From the IMG/VR virus record IMGVR_UViG_2541047851_000007: a stretch of 41,096 nucleotides of DNA; one strand, written 5' to 3'. This document shows, in pieces, positions 39,228-41,096 of this stretch (within the stretch, counting starts at the first letter, position 1; each line of letters opens with the position of its first letter). The position numbers and the translations under genes were made by a program. This DNA comes from a virus (Duplodnaviria > Heunggongvirae > Uroviricota > Caudoviricetes). The notes under the pieces were generated by a model. That model was not told the DNA's origin. It saw only the letters and a program-made list of their open reading frames with translations, and made no database searches.

Positions 39228-40627
39228 CCTCGCCGCCGTAGCAATGCAACCTGCGCAAGTATGCTCCGCTCGTGAGCCTCGAAAGCTTCGCGCTTTAACG
39301 CAATCTCTTCCTGTAAAATCTCATCAGAAAAGTCGTAATGTTCTGCCATCGGGTCATCTGACTTGCTGGAGTGGTGAAGGCAAAGGAGGCTGATTTCCCT
39401 TCGGTCTGATCGGGAATAGCCTCTTTCCTTCATCAAGGCAATAACATTGCTCTTAAGGAATTTACGGCACATCGTATTAAATGCACCGTCTTTCCCTTTA
39501 ACAGTCCCATCATGTTTTATTCCTTTTACAGCCCCGTCCGGGCTGTATGTTTTCACCAGCTTATCCAGTGATCGTTTTGAAAATGGCTGCATTGGATCAC
39601 GTGGCTGCAAAAATACATAATCCCTGTTGCACTCAGGAACTGAATCACGCCAGGCTTTCTGCTCGTCGATAATCCGCCGGATCTCAGGCGTTATCGGCAG
39701 GCGGAAAGCCTTTTGTGTTTTCATAGCCCCTCGCATGCCGATAACCCCTTCCGGATAAACAATTTCACCAGCCTCCTCGTGAACGTAGTCCCAGCGCAGG
39801 TTATGGACATTAATCGGACGAACGCCAGTGATGATCATGAAGCGAACAGCATTCTTCTGGTGTACAGAGGTGCAGGCAGCAACATTGAGCCAGAGTCGGG
39901 CGATTGATTCAATATCGGTAAAAAGCCGTGTGGGGGTAGGTTTCTGTATGCGGGAGGAAACATAATCATCTGGCAGACTGGCGGCAACATTGCGGCCGTT
40001 GCAAAGAGTAGGTGCGCAGAACTTCCAGAACCGACGGAGCTCGGCAAACAACTCCAGGGCGTTATTGTTCGAGCGAGTGGCGATCCACTCGTCCAGCACT
40101 TCCACCAGCCGATTGTATGTTACGTCGCTGAACACCTCACGCTCGCCGAACGTTGCTTTAATCCGGTCGATACGCACCCCGTAGGTTGTGAAACTGTCCG
40201 GGCTCAGCTTCTGCCGGGCGACTTTGGCTTTGAGGTCATCCCGGTACATTTCCAGCGCTGCATGTACTGACTCTGCCCGCAAGCCACAGTCAGCCATACC
40301 TAGCGCTTTTTCGCGCGCCAGCTGGATAGCGAGCTCCGGCCACTCGCCGAGCTTTTTACCCTTGAGGCCCATCTTTTTTGGAAACTCGGCGTAAAATGTA
40401 ACCTTACCGGCTTTGCTGAAATCGATACGGAGATAGTTCTCTTTTTCGTATTTGGAACGGCGAGCCACGCCGGAAGCAGCGAGGATGATTTTGGCAGCAG
40501 CAACACAGATTTTCATGTGTGCGCTGGTATAGGGGGGTTTACAGGCGTCCCATTTTTCAGATGCGGCTAAAACATCGTCATTATTGGGGCTATCCGGATT
40601 ATGTGTTACAGTGCGCGGCATTCTCAA
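39224..40627 (-). CDS. int: Tyrosine integrase (start possibly internal, near 40516)
   Basis: 467 aa ORF; catalytic-domain features (TGVRPINV, LHH, AEHYDF); adjacent to xis at prophage end. Confidence 0.85.
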   Translation of the reverse strand: MRMPRTVTHNPDSPNNDDVLAASEKWDACKPPYTSAHMKICVAAAKIILAASGVARRSKYEKENYLRIDFSKAGKVTFYAEFPKKMGLKGKKLGEWPELAIQLAREKALGMADCGLRAESVHAALEMYRDDLKAKVARQKLSPDSFTTYGVRIDRIKATFGEREVFSDVTYNRLVEVLDEWIATRSNNNALELFAELRRFWKFCAPTLCNGRNVAASLPDDYVSSRIQKPTPTRLFTDIESIARLWLNVAACTSVHQKNAVRFMIITGVRPINVHNLRWDYVHEEAGEIVYPEGVIGMRGAMKTQKAFRLPITPEIRRIIDEQKAWRDSVPECNRDYVFLQPRDPMQPFSKRSLDKLVKTYSPDGAVKGIKHDGTVKGKDGAFNTMCRKFLKSNVIALMKERGYSRSDRREISLLCLHHSSKSDDPMAEHYDFSDEILQEEIALKREAFEAHERSILAQVALLRRRG

Positions 40628-40826
40628 TCCTTATCTGCGTAGGCGCAGAAAACAAGCTCACACATACAAGTCTTTTCTACGGGACAAAATGCAATGTGTT
40701 GCGGTTTTGTGTTGCTGGACTGAGTTTATCAAGGTTAAATGCACTGGATCAACATACAGTAAGTTAATGACAGTAAAACATACAAACTCGATACAACTTA
40801 CTGATTTTAAAATGATTTAACGGTAA

Positions 40827-41096
<270 letters not shown>

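Larger units (their letters stand above)
1..40700. mobile_element. Mosaic temperate prophage (left end beyond window; right end near 40630-40830)
   Basis: Contiguous phage modules (tail, head, terminase, lysis, Q, ori, primase, cro/cI, early operon, xis, int) followed by host yfhL. Confidence 0.85.

Overview
The window is almost entirely one mosaic temperate prophage (about 1 to 40700), ending next to a host ferredoxin gene that matches E. coli yfhL (40836-41096). No database search or computation was possible; every call rests on reading the sequence, motif recognition from memory and gene order. Left to right: (i) an invertible tail-fibre segment bounded by Hin/Gin-type crossover sites (1-14 partial, 1827-1852), with the invertase presumably just upstream of the window; (ii) minus-strand contractile-tail, baseplate, head and terminase genes; (iii) a lambda-like lysis cassette (holin, R-type endolysin, Rz-like spanin) under a QuuD/82-type Q antiterminator with two intrinsic terminators in the late leader; (iv) an iteron origin and a P4-alpha-like primase-helicase; (v) a cro / CI (S24 peptidase) immunity switch with three 16-bp operators spaced 23 bp; (vi) a rightward early operon with a Cas4/RecB-like nuclease, SSB-like protein, family A DNA polymerase, two DNA methyltransferases, VRR-NUC nuclease, SNF2 helicase and excisionase, then a convergent tyrosine integrase. 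The strongest candidates for undescribed biology are AT-rich insertions with their own signals: a two-gene cassette with a HEPN-domain protein inside the baseplate operon (5218-6373), a coiled-coil/zinc-ribbon gene in the immunity region (28225-28794) beside a structured non-coding region downstream of a second operator pair (27937-28180), and two opposite-strand small genes inside the early operon (32693-32962, 37281-37601). No tRNA, rRNA or CRISPR array was seen.
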